Source of the DNA: Leptolyngbyaceae cyanobacterium
GTDB taxonomy: Bacteria; Cyanobacteriota; Cyanobacteriia; Phormidesmidales; Phormidesmidaceae
Length of the DNA stretch: 31,240 nucleotides
Reading direction: 5' to 3'
Assembly: GCA_050331235.1 (NCBI GenBank)
Contig: JBHJHA010000100.1
Span: forward strand, 1-31,240
Shown here: positions 8,649-18,697 of the stretch, piece after piece
Layout of the letters: each line of letters begins with the position of its first letter
Position numbering within the stretch: position 1 is the stretch's first letter
The notes under the pieces: model-generated
Databases searched by the model: none
What the model saw: only the letters and a program-made list of their open reading frames with translations
Told to the model about the DNA's origin: nothing
Program-made: the position numbers and the translations under genes

Positions 8649-9878
8649 ATGGCTTGGTCTGACGTTTGGCTACTGATAGCGCCGCCTGTAATCGGAGGCA
8701 TCATTGGCTATTGCACCAATGACCTAGCCATTAAGATGCTATTTCGGCCTTATCGGCCCTACTCCTTATTGGGTCGACGGCTGCCCCTGACGCCCGGGCT
8801 GATTCCTAGCAATCAGGAACGCTTAGCCCGGCGAGTGGCTGATACCATTATGGGCTCGCTGCTCACCCCAGCTGAGCTTGAAAATTTAGCGCGGCGTTTA
8901 TTGCAGACGGAGCGTACCCAGCAGGCAATTCGCTGGTTGCTGGAAATGACACTAGAGCAAGTGCAGTCGCGGAACCAAGCTCGCACCGCCAAAATTGTGG
9001 GCAAGGTGCTACAGGATTTATTGGGCACATCACTGCCGCGACTGCTGCGGGTATGGGCGCGCCGAGATGATTTTTTAAAGGCTCAAATCGACCAGATTTT
9101 TGATCAAGCGCTTTTAGATTTCCAGCTTTCTCCTCATCAGGCTCAGCAATTATCAAGTTGGCTGCTCATTTCAGTGCTGCCTCCGGATCGTATCCGCCGT
9201 ATCCTGATCGACTTTTTGACCGATCGCAACATTCAGACCATTGACGAAATCTTTCGTTCTCGCACCAGTGGTACTTATTGGGTTGTGGCTAACTTATTTG
9301 GCATTCGCAACGCACTCACCCGGCTGCGGACGTTTTGCTTAGATGAGCGCAACATTACCAACACCCGCATTGCCGAATTGGTAGAGGCGCTGAATGCCAA
9401 CGCCCGACTGCAAGAAATCTTGCAGCAACTCACCCTGCAGCGATTACCAGTATCAACGGTGCGGGGGCTGCGCCAGACTATCCGCGAGACGGTGCGCAGT
9501 TACATCCAGGCTTTGGGGCCCGATTTGCTCCAGGGACTCAGCACGACAATTAACTGGGAAATGCTTGCTACACAGCTGCTTAATCGTTTGCAAAATTCAC
9601 GGGTGATTACTGACTCCCTAGATCCGGTGAGTGAAGAGTTAGCAATGATTTTGGAACGCTATCTCGAAAAGGACTTGGAAAATTTAGTAGCTCAAGTGAT
9701 TCCAATTTTGGATATCGATCAAGTCATTGTGGAACGAGTGAATGCCACCAATCCGAAAGAGCTTGAGGTTGCGGTGCAGGGCATCGTTCGCAACGAGCTG
9801 CAGGCCATTGTCAATTTGGGCGGAGCGCTAGGTTTCTTGATCGGTGCTCTGCAGGCTATCTTTTACTACTTGAGATGA
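8649..9878 (+). CDS. DUF445 family membrane-anchored protein
   Basis: N-terminal [35 protein letters not shown] and C-terminal [17 protein letters not shown]. Likely start ATG 8649. Confidence 0.9.
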   Translation: MAWSDVWLLIAPPVIGGIIGYCTNDLAIKMLFRPYRPYSLLGRRLPLTPGLIPSNQERLARRVADTIMGSLLTPAELENLARRLLQTERTQQAIRWLLEMTLEQVQSRNQARTAKIVGKVLQDLLGTSLPRLLRVWARRDDFLKAQIDQIFDQALLDFQLSPHQAQQLSSWLLISVLPPDRIRRILIDFLTDRNIQTIDEIFRSRTSGTYWVVANLFGIRNALTRLRTFCLDERNITNTRIAELVEALNANARLQEILQQLTLQRLPVSTVRGLRQTIRETVRSYIQALGPDLLQGLSTTINWEMLATQLLNRLQNSRVITDSLDPVSEELAMILERYLEKDLENLVAQVIPILDIDQVIVERVNATNPKELEVAVQGIVRNELQAIVNLGGALGFLIGALQAIFYYLR

Positions 9879-10184
9879 CCTTCACACCAGCAGTTGAGCT
9901 TAGCTCTTTGTCGTGAGGCTGCACCCAGCCAAAAATAGTTGCCATCAAAACTGGCTGACCTAATCCGACCAAGTTGACCCAAACGGTCTTGAAATGTTGT
10001 TCGCTGACCAATCGTTTAGCTGACTACAGCGCGGATTCTCTGGCCAATCCAACAAAATCAGAAAATTCCATTGATCGATAGACAGACAATCTCACTTTTG
10101 AGAGGTGTATCATTCCCCACACTTCTATTCAATAAATAGTAGGAAATCAAAGTAATTGAATTTTTGGTGGGCTATTGGAATCCT

Positions 10185-11504
10185 ATGACTCGATCGCGCA
10201 GTGGTTGGTTGATCCCAATAGAGCGACGTTTAGGGCGCTGGCTGGCCCTGGCGATCGCGGTTTTTGCGCTGCTAGTGCTAGGTGGCGGCGGTGTTTGGTC
10301 ACAACAGCAGACCGCCTCGCCCGTCACGATTAGCTTTTTGGTGCGAGCGGTCGAAGCCCAGCAACTCCAAGTTTTGGCGGACCAGTTTGAAGAAGCCAAT
10401 CCCGATATTAAGATCGATATCGTGGAAGGCCCTAACGCCGCTGACAATGTCGAAAACCTCTACACAACCTCGTTTTTGCTGGGTGACTCGCCCTATGATC
10501 TGGTTTATTCCGATGTGGTGTGGATTCCCAAATTGGCGGCGGCGGGCTGGCTCAGCGATTTGAGCGATCGCGTTGATGAGGCTACGCTGTCGGCATTTCT
10601 GGATGCTGATGTAGCAGCTGGCCGCTACCAATCAGGGCTCTATCGCATGCCGTTTCGCTCCGCCATGGGCATGCTTTACTACCGCACAGACTTACTAGAT
10701 GAAATCGGTGCCGCGCCGCCCGAAACGTTTGATGAGTTGATTCAAGCGTCACAGACTATCCAAGAGACTACCGACGTGCCCTATGGCTATGTCTGGCAGG
10801 GGCTTCAGTACGAAGGTCTAATCACAAATTTTGTTGAAATCATTGCTGGCTATGGCGGCTTTTGGGTTAACCCTGACACCTTAGAGGTGGGCTTAGACAG
10901 CGAAGCTGGCATCCAGGCAGTCGACTTCATGCGGCAGGTCATCGACCAAGGCATCACGCCTACAGGCGTCACTAATTATTTGGAAGAAGACTCCCTCAGA
11001 GTGTTTGAAAATGGCAACGCGGTCTTCCTGCGCAACTGGCCCTACGTTTGGGCTGAGGCCAACAAGGAGGGGTCGCCTGTGCAAGACAAGATCGCCCTGA
11101 AGCCCATGGTGCATGCCGCTGGAGCTTCGCCAGCGGCATGCCTGGGTGGTTGGGGTTTTGGGATCTCGGCCACGACTCCCCACCCCGAAGCGGCATGGCA
11201 AGTGGTGGAATATTTCACCAGCGAGGCGGCCCAAAAGCAGTTTGCCCAGGAGTTTTCCTATGTACCGAGTCGCCGAGCTTTGTTTACCGATGCCGATATT
11301 TTGGGCAAGTTTCCCCACTACGAGCAGCTATTAGAAGTGGCAGAAACGACGGTGCCCCGGCCGCCAGTGGGGCAATATGCGCAGATTTCTGATATTTTGC
11401 AGCGGTATTTAAGTGCTGCCATTACGGATCAAATGTCGTCTTCGGTGGCGATGACGGCAGCTGCCCGTGAGACCCGCCGCGTTTTGGGGGATGAGAATGT
11501 CTAG
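10185..11504 (+). CDS. Carbohydrate ABC transporter substrate-binding protein
   Basis: N-terminal TM/signal, then DVVWIPKLAAAGWL, LYYRTDLL, QGLQYEGL, FLRNWPY and LGGWGFGIS. First gene of a four-gene operon; likely start ATG 10185. Confidence 0.92.
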   Translation: MTRSRSGWLIPIERRLGRWLALAIAVFALLVLGGGGVWSQQQTASPVTISFLVRAVEAQQLQVLADQFEEANPDIKIDIVEGPNAADNVENLYTTSFLLGDSPYDLVYSDVVWIPKLAAAGWLSDLSDRVDEATLSAFLDADVAAGRYQSGLYRMPFRSAMGMLYYRTDLLDEIGAAPPETFDELIQASQTIQETTDVPYGYVWQGLQYEGLITNFVEIIAGYGGFWVNPDTLEVGLDSEAGIQAVDFMRQVIDQGITPTGVTNYLEEDSLRVFENGNAVFLRNWPYVWAEANKEGSPVQDKIALKPMVHAAGASPAACLGGWGFGISATTPHPEAAWQVVEYFTSEAAQKQFAQEFSYVPSRRALFTDADILGKFPHYEQLLEVAETTVPRPPVGQYAQISDILQRYLSAAITDQMSSSVAMTAAARETRRVLGDENV

Positions 11505-11551
11505 CTTAGCGAGCGATTGGCCGCTCAGATTAGATTAACCGTCACTGATTT

Positions 11552-12460
11552 ATGACTCAAGACTATCTTCGTCAACGGGAAAAACGCACGGGCTGGTGGC
11601 TGACCTTGCCAGCCATGTTAGTGTTGCTGCTGGTTTATGCTTATCCAATCGCCAGTGCCTTTGTGCAAAGCTTTACGACGGAAAACCTGAGCACCAATTT
11701 GGAACCGGCGTTTGCCGGCGTCGAAAATTATACGCGCATGGCTCAAGACGGTCGATTTTGGGCCAGTTTGAGAAATACTGCCATCTTTACAACGGCGTCA
11801 TTGGTCATAGAGTTGGTGCTGGGCATGGCGATCGCCCTCACCCTCAATCAAGCGTTTCGAGGCCGGGGCTGGGTCAGAACCTCGGCGATCTTGCCTTGGG
11901 CCTTACCGACCGCTTTGATTGCACTTGCCTGGCGGTGGATTTTCAATGACGAATTTGGCGTCTGGATTGACATGCTTCTGCGCGTGGGCATCATTGCTGA
12001 GCCCGTCAGTTGGCTCGGCGACCCTCTCTGGGCAATGGTGGCGGTGGTGGCGGCTGACGTGTGGAAAACTACTTCATTCGTCGCAATTTTGCTGCTAGCC
12101 GGATTGCAATCAATCCCTAAAGACTTATACGAAGCCCATCAAATTGATGGAGCGACTCCCTGGCAAAGCTTTAGACAAATTACGTTGCCCCTAGTGCTGC
12201 CCCAAATCTTAATTGCAATGTTATTTCGCTTTGCCCAGGCGTTCGGCATTTTCGATCTGATCCAAGTGATGACGGGGGGGGGACCTGGCGGTGCCACCGA
12301 GATGGTATCGCTGTATATCTACGCTACGGTGATGCGCTACCTCGACTTTGGCTATGGGGCGGCGCTAGTTGTGGTGACCTTTTTGGTCTTGATTGCGGTG
12401 GTGGCGATCGCCGCTGTTGTACTGACGCGCCTGAGAACCGCTACCGGCATCGACGACTAA
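11552..12460 (+). CDS. Carbohydrate ABC transporter permease (MalF-like)
   Basis: Multiple TM segments; EAA motif LAGLQSIPKDLYEAHQIDGATPWQSFRQITLP. Confidence 0.93.
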   Translation: MTQDYLRQREKRTGWWLTLPAMLVLLLVYAYPIASAFVQSFTTENLSTNLEPAFAGVENYTRMAQDGRFWASLRNTAIFTTASLVIELVLGMAIALTLNQAFRGRGWVRTSAILPWALPTALIALAWRWIFNDEFGVWIDMLLRVGIIAEPVSWLGDPLWAMVAVVAADVWKTTSFVAILLLAGLQSIPKDLYEAHQIDGATPWQSFRQITLPLVLPQILIAMLFRFAQAFGIFDLIQVMTGGGPGGATEMVSLYIYATVMRYLDFGYGAALVVVTFLVLIAVVAIAAVVLTRLRTATGIDD

Positions 12461-12484
12461 AGGCTGCTAACTGCTAACGACTAA
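12454..12484 (+). repeat. Heptamer tandem repeat (STRR-like) in the permease intergenic spacer
   Basis: CGACTAA-AGG-CTGCTAA CTGCTAA CGACTAA. Confidence 0.5.
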
Positions 12485-12492
12485 TCGGAGCT

Positions 12493-13377
12493 ATGACAAC
12501 GACCGACATTGATCCTAATCAAACCAGTGCACAATCGACGGGTATTCCCTGGCGGCAGATTTTGCTATGGACGGCAGTTATCTTGACGGTTGTGTTCAGC
12601 TTGGGTCCGCCCATGTGGGAACTGCTGACCTCCATTAAGGCCAATCAGGCCATTACCGCTGACCCAACCGTTTATTTTCCGAGTTTGGATCAGCTCACAT
12701 TAGAGCATTACATCCAGCTCTTTCAGCGCAATCGGTTTTATATCTATATCCTCAACAGTGGATTTGTCGCGATCGTCTCTACGGCGCTCTGCCTGGCGAT
12801 CGGGTCGCCGGCGGCCTACGCTCTGGCCAGGTTGCGCATACCGGGAGAGCAAATTGTCTTGTCCTGCGTCTTAGTGGTCACGCTGTTTCCTTACATTTTG
12901 CTGTTTTTAGGTCTATTAGACTTAGTTCGGGCCACCGGCCTTGCCAATAACTACCTGGCGTTGATCGTGCCTTATACGGCCATCAATTTGCCCCTGACGA
13001 TTTTGGTCATGCGCAGCTTTTTTCAACAGTTGCCCAAAGATCTAGAGGATTCTGCCAAGGTTGACGGTTACAACATCGTGCAAATGCTGTGGCAAATTGT
13101 GCTGCCGTTGACCCTACCAGCCCTGGTAACCACCGGAATTTTGGCGTTCATCTTTGCTTGGAACGAGTTTATTTTTGCCCTGACGTTTATCACCCGCGAG
13201 TCCATGAAAACGATCCCGGTAGCAGCGGCTCAGTTAGGCGGTACTAGTACTTTCGAAATTCCCTACGGACCGCTGGCGGCGGCAACTGTAGTCGGGACCT
13301 TACCCCTGGTATTCTTAGTGCTGTTTTTCCAACGCAAGATTGTGCAAGGACTCACTTCAGGCTCTGTCAAAGGCTGA
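12493..13377 (+). CDS. Carbohydrate ABC transporter permease (MalG-like)
   Basis: EAA motif FFQQLPKDLEDSAKVDG, AWNEF, and C-terminal FQRKIVQGLTSGSVKG. GGAG SD upstream. Confidence 0.93.
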   Translation: MTTTDIDPNQTSAQSTGIPWRQILLWTAVILTVVFSLGPPMWELLTSIKANQAITADPTVYFPSLDQLTLEHYIQLFQRNRFYIYILNSGFVAIVSTALCLAIGSPAAYALARLRIPGEQIVLSCVLVVTLFPYILLFLGLLDLVRATGLANNYLALIVPYTAINLPLTILVMRSFFQQLPKDLEDSAKVDGYNIVQMLWQIVLPLTLPALVTTGILAFIFAWNEFIFALTFITRESMKTIPVAAAQLGGTSTFEIPYGPLAAATVVGTLPLVFLVLFFQRKIVQGLTSGSVKG

Positions 13378-13438
13378 TCGCATTCTCTGGATGCCGCATT
13401 TTTCCGACAGTCTCGCCCCATCACATTAAAGCAAACCC

Positions 13439-14506
13439 ATGTCTCAGCTGGAATTACAAAACATCACCAAAGCCTACAGCCGCAAAGTTGTGCCGGTCAA
13501 AGATCTTAATCTAGTGGTCGACAACAACGAGTTTTTAACGCTGGTGGGTCCATCTGGGTGTGGCAAATCCACTATTTTGCGCATGATTGCCGGCCTAGAA
13601 CAGCCTACGAAAGGTCGGGTGGTCATCAATGATAAAGATGTGACGCCATTGCCAGCGGGCGATCGCAACATCGCCATGGTGTTTCAAAGCTATGCACTGT
13701 ACCCCCACATGACCGTATATGAAAATATGGCGTCGGGGCTTAAGCTTCGCAACTTGCCAGCGGGCGAAATTCAAGACCGGATTCAGCATGCTTCCGATAT
13801 ACTTGGCCTCGATGCTTTGCATGATCGCCTACCCGCAAAGCTCTCCGGGGGGCAACGTCAGCGGGTCGCTTTGGGGCGAGCCCTCGTTCGTGAACCTGAT
13901 GTCTTTTTATTGGATGAACCGCTAAGTAACCTGGATGCGCTGCTACGGGAACAGGTACGAGCTGATCTCAAACAAATATTTGAGCGGCAGCAGTCTCCCG
14001 TTGTGTATGTCACCCATGACCAGACGGAAGCCATGACCTTATCTTCAAAAGTGGCGGTTTTGAGCGAGGGTTATTTGCAGCAGTTAGGGACTCCCAACGA
14101 AATCTATCAAACGCCAGCCAATCGCTTTGTGGCCGGATTTATCGGTAGTCCTCAAATGAATCTGATCGAGGTGGAGCAGGTTGGGGGGGCAGTTCTCCTG
14201 GGAGACTTCAAAATTCACTTGCCTGATGCAGCGCAGTCTCACGGCTCAATGGTGTTAGGCATTCGCCCGGAGCATGTGAGGCTGCCGGCGGAAGGCGATA
14301 GCCAAATCGTGCGGGGAGACGTATTTTTGGTCGAAAATTTGGGGATGAGTGACTTGGTGAGCCTGCGGGTTCACGGCGATGAGAATCTGGTTCTGCGATC
14401 GCTCATTCCTGCAGACGCCACATGGGAGCGGGAAAATCTAGAGTTAGCAATTCCACCCCAGTCAATTCACTGGTTTAACTCGGACACAGGTGCTCGCATT
14501 GAGTAG
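13439..14506 (+). CDS. Carbohydrate ABC transporter ATP-binding protein (MalK-like)
   Basis: Walker A GPSGCGKS, VFQSYALYPHM, signature LSGGQRQR, Walker B FLLDEPLSNLD, H-loop YVTHDQ and GIRPEH. Confidence 0.95.
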   Translation: MSQLELQNITKAYSRKVVPVKDLNLVVDNNEFLTLVGPSGCGKSTILRMIAGLEQPTKGRVVINDKDVTPLPAGDRNIAMVFQSYALYPHMTVYENMASGLKLRNLPAGEIQDRIQHASDILGLDALHDRLPAKLSGGQRQRVALGRALVREPDVFLLDEPLSNLDALLREQVRADLKQIFERQQSPVVYVTHDQTEAMTLSSKVAVLSEGYLQQLGTPNEIYQTPANRFVAGFIGSPQMNLIEVEQVGGAVLLGDFKIHLPDAAQSHGSMVLGIRPEHVRLPAEGDSQIVRGDVFLVENLGMSDLVSLRVHGDENLVLRSLIPADATWERENLELAIPPQSIHWFNSDTGARIE

Positions 14507-14632
14507 TGGAGCTGTGTAGATCGGTCCGGTCATGATGCTGCATGGGCAAAAGTGCTGCTATCACCGCCAGCCCGCCTGCGATCGCGGCCCCATCCGCTCC
14601 CTTTGCAGTTACGAACAGCGTCTGGGCAGCGC

Positions 14633-15889
14633 CTAAAAAATTTCGGCAAACCGTTCAATCAGGCGATCACACTCTTCCAAAGTGTTGTAGTGCACCATGC
14701 TAACCCGCACTGCCCCATTGTAGGGGCCGAGGTCGAGGGCATTAGTCAGGCGTATAGCGTTGAAATGTCCAGACCGAATGCCAATCTGATGGGGGGCAAG
14801 TCGAGGCGGAATCTGGTCGCTGGTCATGTCTTCGACCACAAATGCAATGGTCGGGACACGCTGGGAAGCCGCCGCCTGGGACGTCCCGATAATGCGAACA
14901 TTGGGCTTACTACGGAGAAAGGTGAGCAGGCGATCGCTCAAGGCGGTTTCGTGGGCGCTAATCAAGTCAAACGCCTGAACAATCTGGTCGGCGGGGGGCT
15001 CCATCTGCTGGTCGAAATGATGTCGAGCCAAGGCTTGTAAGTATTGGGGCAGGGCGATCGCGCTATAGGTCAATTCATAGCTGGTGCCCCCTGGTTGAAA
15101 CTTGTAAGGAATAGCCGTAGGTTCGACAAAATAGTTGTTATAGCCGGGGAGTGCCACTAGGTGCTCGCGTTTGCCATAGAGCATGGCCATGTGCGGACCG
15201 TAGACTTTGTAAACGCTTAAGGCATAAAAATCGACATCCAGCGCCTGCACATCCACTCGTCGATGAGCCGCATAGGCTACTCCGTCAACACAGATCAGGG
15301 CACCATGCTGATGCACCAAGTCAGCGATCGCCCGAATCGGGTTGATCATACCCAACACATTAGAAGTATGGGTGACAGCGACCAGACGGGTGCGATCGGT
15401 CAGTAGCGCTGCTAAATCCTCTAACTGCAGCTCAAAGGAATCGGGCTCAACGCCCCAGGTTTTGATGACAATACCCTGCCGCTCTAGCTCTACCCAGGGC
15501 GTGATATGACATTCGTGATCGCAGTTGGTGACGATAATTTCGTCCCCCGGCTGCAGCGTTTGGCCAAAGCAGTAGGCCAGCATGCGAAACAGCGCCGAAG
15601 CACTCGCCCCCAAGACGACAGTGCTAGGGTCAGGGGCGTTGATCAATTGAGCGATCGCTGCACTCCCTTGGGCGACACGTTTGCCGGCAAGTTGGGAAAC
15701 CTCATAGGGAGCCCCTAGCTGCACATTGGAATCAACCAAAAATTCGGCGATGCGCTCAATCACCGACTGCAAAGTCTGCGAGCCCCCTGCGTTATCGAAA
15801 AATGCCCACTCCTGCGCTAACGCCGGAAAGTGAGAGCGCACAAAGTCAAGGTCAAGGGTCGGAGTTGTCTGCTGGGTAGGGTCTGTCAT
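14633..15889 (-). CDS. Cysteine desulfurase-like class V PLP enzyme
   Basis: FFDNAGGSQ, THTSNVLG, VDGVAY, PLP lysine in SVYKVYGPH, and VRVSMVHYN. Likely start ATG 15889 (15919 also possible). Confidence 0.88.
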   Translation of the reverse strand: MTDPTQQTTPTLDLDFVRSHFPALAQEWAFFDNAGGSQTLQSVIERIAEFLVDSNVQLGAPYEVSQLAGKRVAQGSAAIAQLINAPDPSTVVLGASASALFRMLAYCFGQTLQPGDEIIVTNCDHECHITPWVELERQGIVIKTWGVEPDSFELQLEDLAALLTDRTRLVAVTHTSNVLGMINPIRAIADLVHQHGALICVDGVAYAAHRRVDVQALDVDFYALSVYKVYGPHMAMLYGKREHLVALPGYNNYFVEPTAIPYKFQPGGTSYELTYSAIALPQYLQALARHHFDQQMEPPADQIVQAFDLISAHETALSDRLLTFLRSKPNVRIIGTSQAAASQRVPTIAFVVEDMTSDQIPPRLAPHQIGIRSGHFNAIRLTNALDLGPYNGAVRVSMVHYNTLEECDRLIERFAEIF

Positions 15890-16024
15890 GGGGACCAAAT
15901 AACTGCAAAACTTAGCCATATTATGACGAGCGGTTGAAGATTTCGTTAATTGGCCTCAGATCGCCCCACTCAGTATTAATACTGTGCAAAATAATACCGT
16001 GTTCATTAGTGATGAGTAAGTACT

Positions 16025-16213
16025 ATGGCATCTCAAAATCTTGCCCTTGCTTTGGCTGAGCTATCTGCCCGCCGTGTCGAAACTGGCCATATTAGCGATG
16101 GTCACCGCTATGTGCTGAGTCAAGCGCTGAATTCTGCTGCGCTAAAAGAAGCCGAGTGTATCGCTATTAGCCGGTTACTTAAGGCACCTAGCTGGTTTAG
16201 CGGCCGCAAGTAA
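16025..16213 (+). CDS. Small hypothetical protein resembling a conserved cyanobacterial family (G.IT..DRY.L..ALL...L.E.E...I.RLL)
   Basis: TGHISDGHRYVLSQALNSAALKEAECIAISRLL fits that recalled pattern. It fills the gap between two minus-strand genes and has an AT-rich upstream region. Confidence 0.6.
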   Translation: MASQNLALALAELSARRVETGHISDGHRYVLSQALNSAALKEAECIAISRLLKAPSWFSGRK

Positions 16214-16224
16214 ATAAGGACGGC

Positions 16225-17520
<1,296 letters not shown>

Positions 17521-17673
17521 GACGACTAGCAGAAAACAACCGATCCATTCTACATATCGACGCTTCCCAGCAGACATGTAGTCGGCAATCTGTATTAAAA
17601 CGATGACAAAAAGGGGAGGCTGTCGAATCGACAACGTCCCCTTCGCTACAGGCTATGCGTGGAATAGAGGATG

Positions 17674-18693
17674 CTACGTCGCGCTGATGCTCTCCTCGTG
17701 GCGAGGATTCCAACGCGATCGCGACTCTTCAATGTGCATGTTCTTGCGCTCTTTTTTGAGATGCCGGGGGCTGCTCTCAAAGGAGAGGGAAGACGGCAAA
17801 GCGTCGCCATACTCAGCCTGAATAAACGCTGAAACCGCTTCGTAGCTGGGGGAGAATGGCTCATCGATCAAGACTGCTGCTGCCTGCCCAGCTTTGAGCG
17901 CTGCCGAAAACAGACCAGTGCCGTCGTCAAAGAAGCGTTCCGTGGTCGCACCGTAGGCCGCATAAGGATGGAAAGACAAATCCTCCGGGGCGATCGCCGC
18001 AACCCAGGATGAGTAAATCCAATATTCGCCAAAGGTGCCAAACTCATTAGCCGTCCGCATCATTAGCTTGAGCCAATGTTCGTCAGACTGATAGTAGGCC
18101 TGCACCCGTTGAGCCATGGCTTTGAGATGGGCTTGTTTAAACCACATATGATGGGGAATAAACGTACCTGAGGGGTCGGCAACCGGTTCCACCTTGAGAA
18201 CGGAACGAATCCAGCTCGCCCAGGTATCGACGATTTTGGCATTGCCTGTCTCATTACTTTGCAGCAGCGCAAAGGAGTGCTTGAGCGTGCCACCCAACTC
18301 CTGAAAAATCGGCCAAGTTGCCACTGGCAGTAAGTCACTGTCCCAGACCATGTACCACTCAGAAAGATTGGGAATGCCCTCATAGGCGCCAACCTTTAGC
18401 AGCTGTTGGTAAAACCAACCGGGGGTATAAAGCGACTCACCCAAATCGAGCTCGCCACAGATCGTTTCTTTGGAGAGGTTCACCGGTTGAAAAAACGGTT
18501 CCTCGGCATGAACGAACAGGGGAGCCACTGCCCAATGCTGGGCTTGCTCCCGCAGCAACTCAACCTCTGTCCCCGGCGTCACGATATGAATCGCTCGCGG
18601 CTGATAGTGGTGGGTCAATCCTTCCATTACGGCGCGGGTATTCCACCGCGCCTTATAGAGCGGAATAACGAAGTCAAAAGCTGCTTTCGCCAT
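17674..18693 (-). CDS. Putative GT-A-fold glycosyltransferase-like protein (DUF6492-like)
   Basis: ATG 18693 lies 4 bp after the cyclase stop, with AGGAGG upstream inside the cyclase 3' end. N-terminal DFVIP, GWFYQQLLK, DxD motif YMVWDSD, FIPHHMWF and FGEYWIY. Confidence 0.65.
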   Translation of the reverse strand: MAKAAFDFVIPLYKARWNTRAVMEGLTHHYQPRAIHIVTPGTEVELLREQAQHWAVAPLFVHAEEPFFQPVNLSKETICGELDLGESLYTPGWFYQQLLKVGAYEGIPNLSEWYMVWDSDLLPVATWPIFQELGGTLKHSFALLQSNETGNAKIVDTWASWIRSVLKVEPVADPSGTFIPHHMWFKQAHLKAMAQRVQAYYQSDEHWLKLMMRTANEFGTFGEYWIYSSWVAAIAPEDLSFHPYAAYGATTERFFDDGTGLFSAALKAGQAAAVLIDEPFSPSYEAVSAFIQAEYGDALPSSLSFESSPRHLKKERKNMHIEESRSRWNPRHEESISAT

Positions 18694-18697
18694 AACC

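Noticed and set aside
14552..15040. 162-aa plus-strand ORF
   Set aside because: Antisense shadow of the cysteine desulfurase-like gene; no motifs.
17521..17634. Upstream extension of purB in the track
   Set aside because: The conserved PurB N-terminus MIERY begins at TTG 17520.
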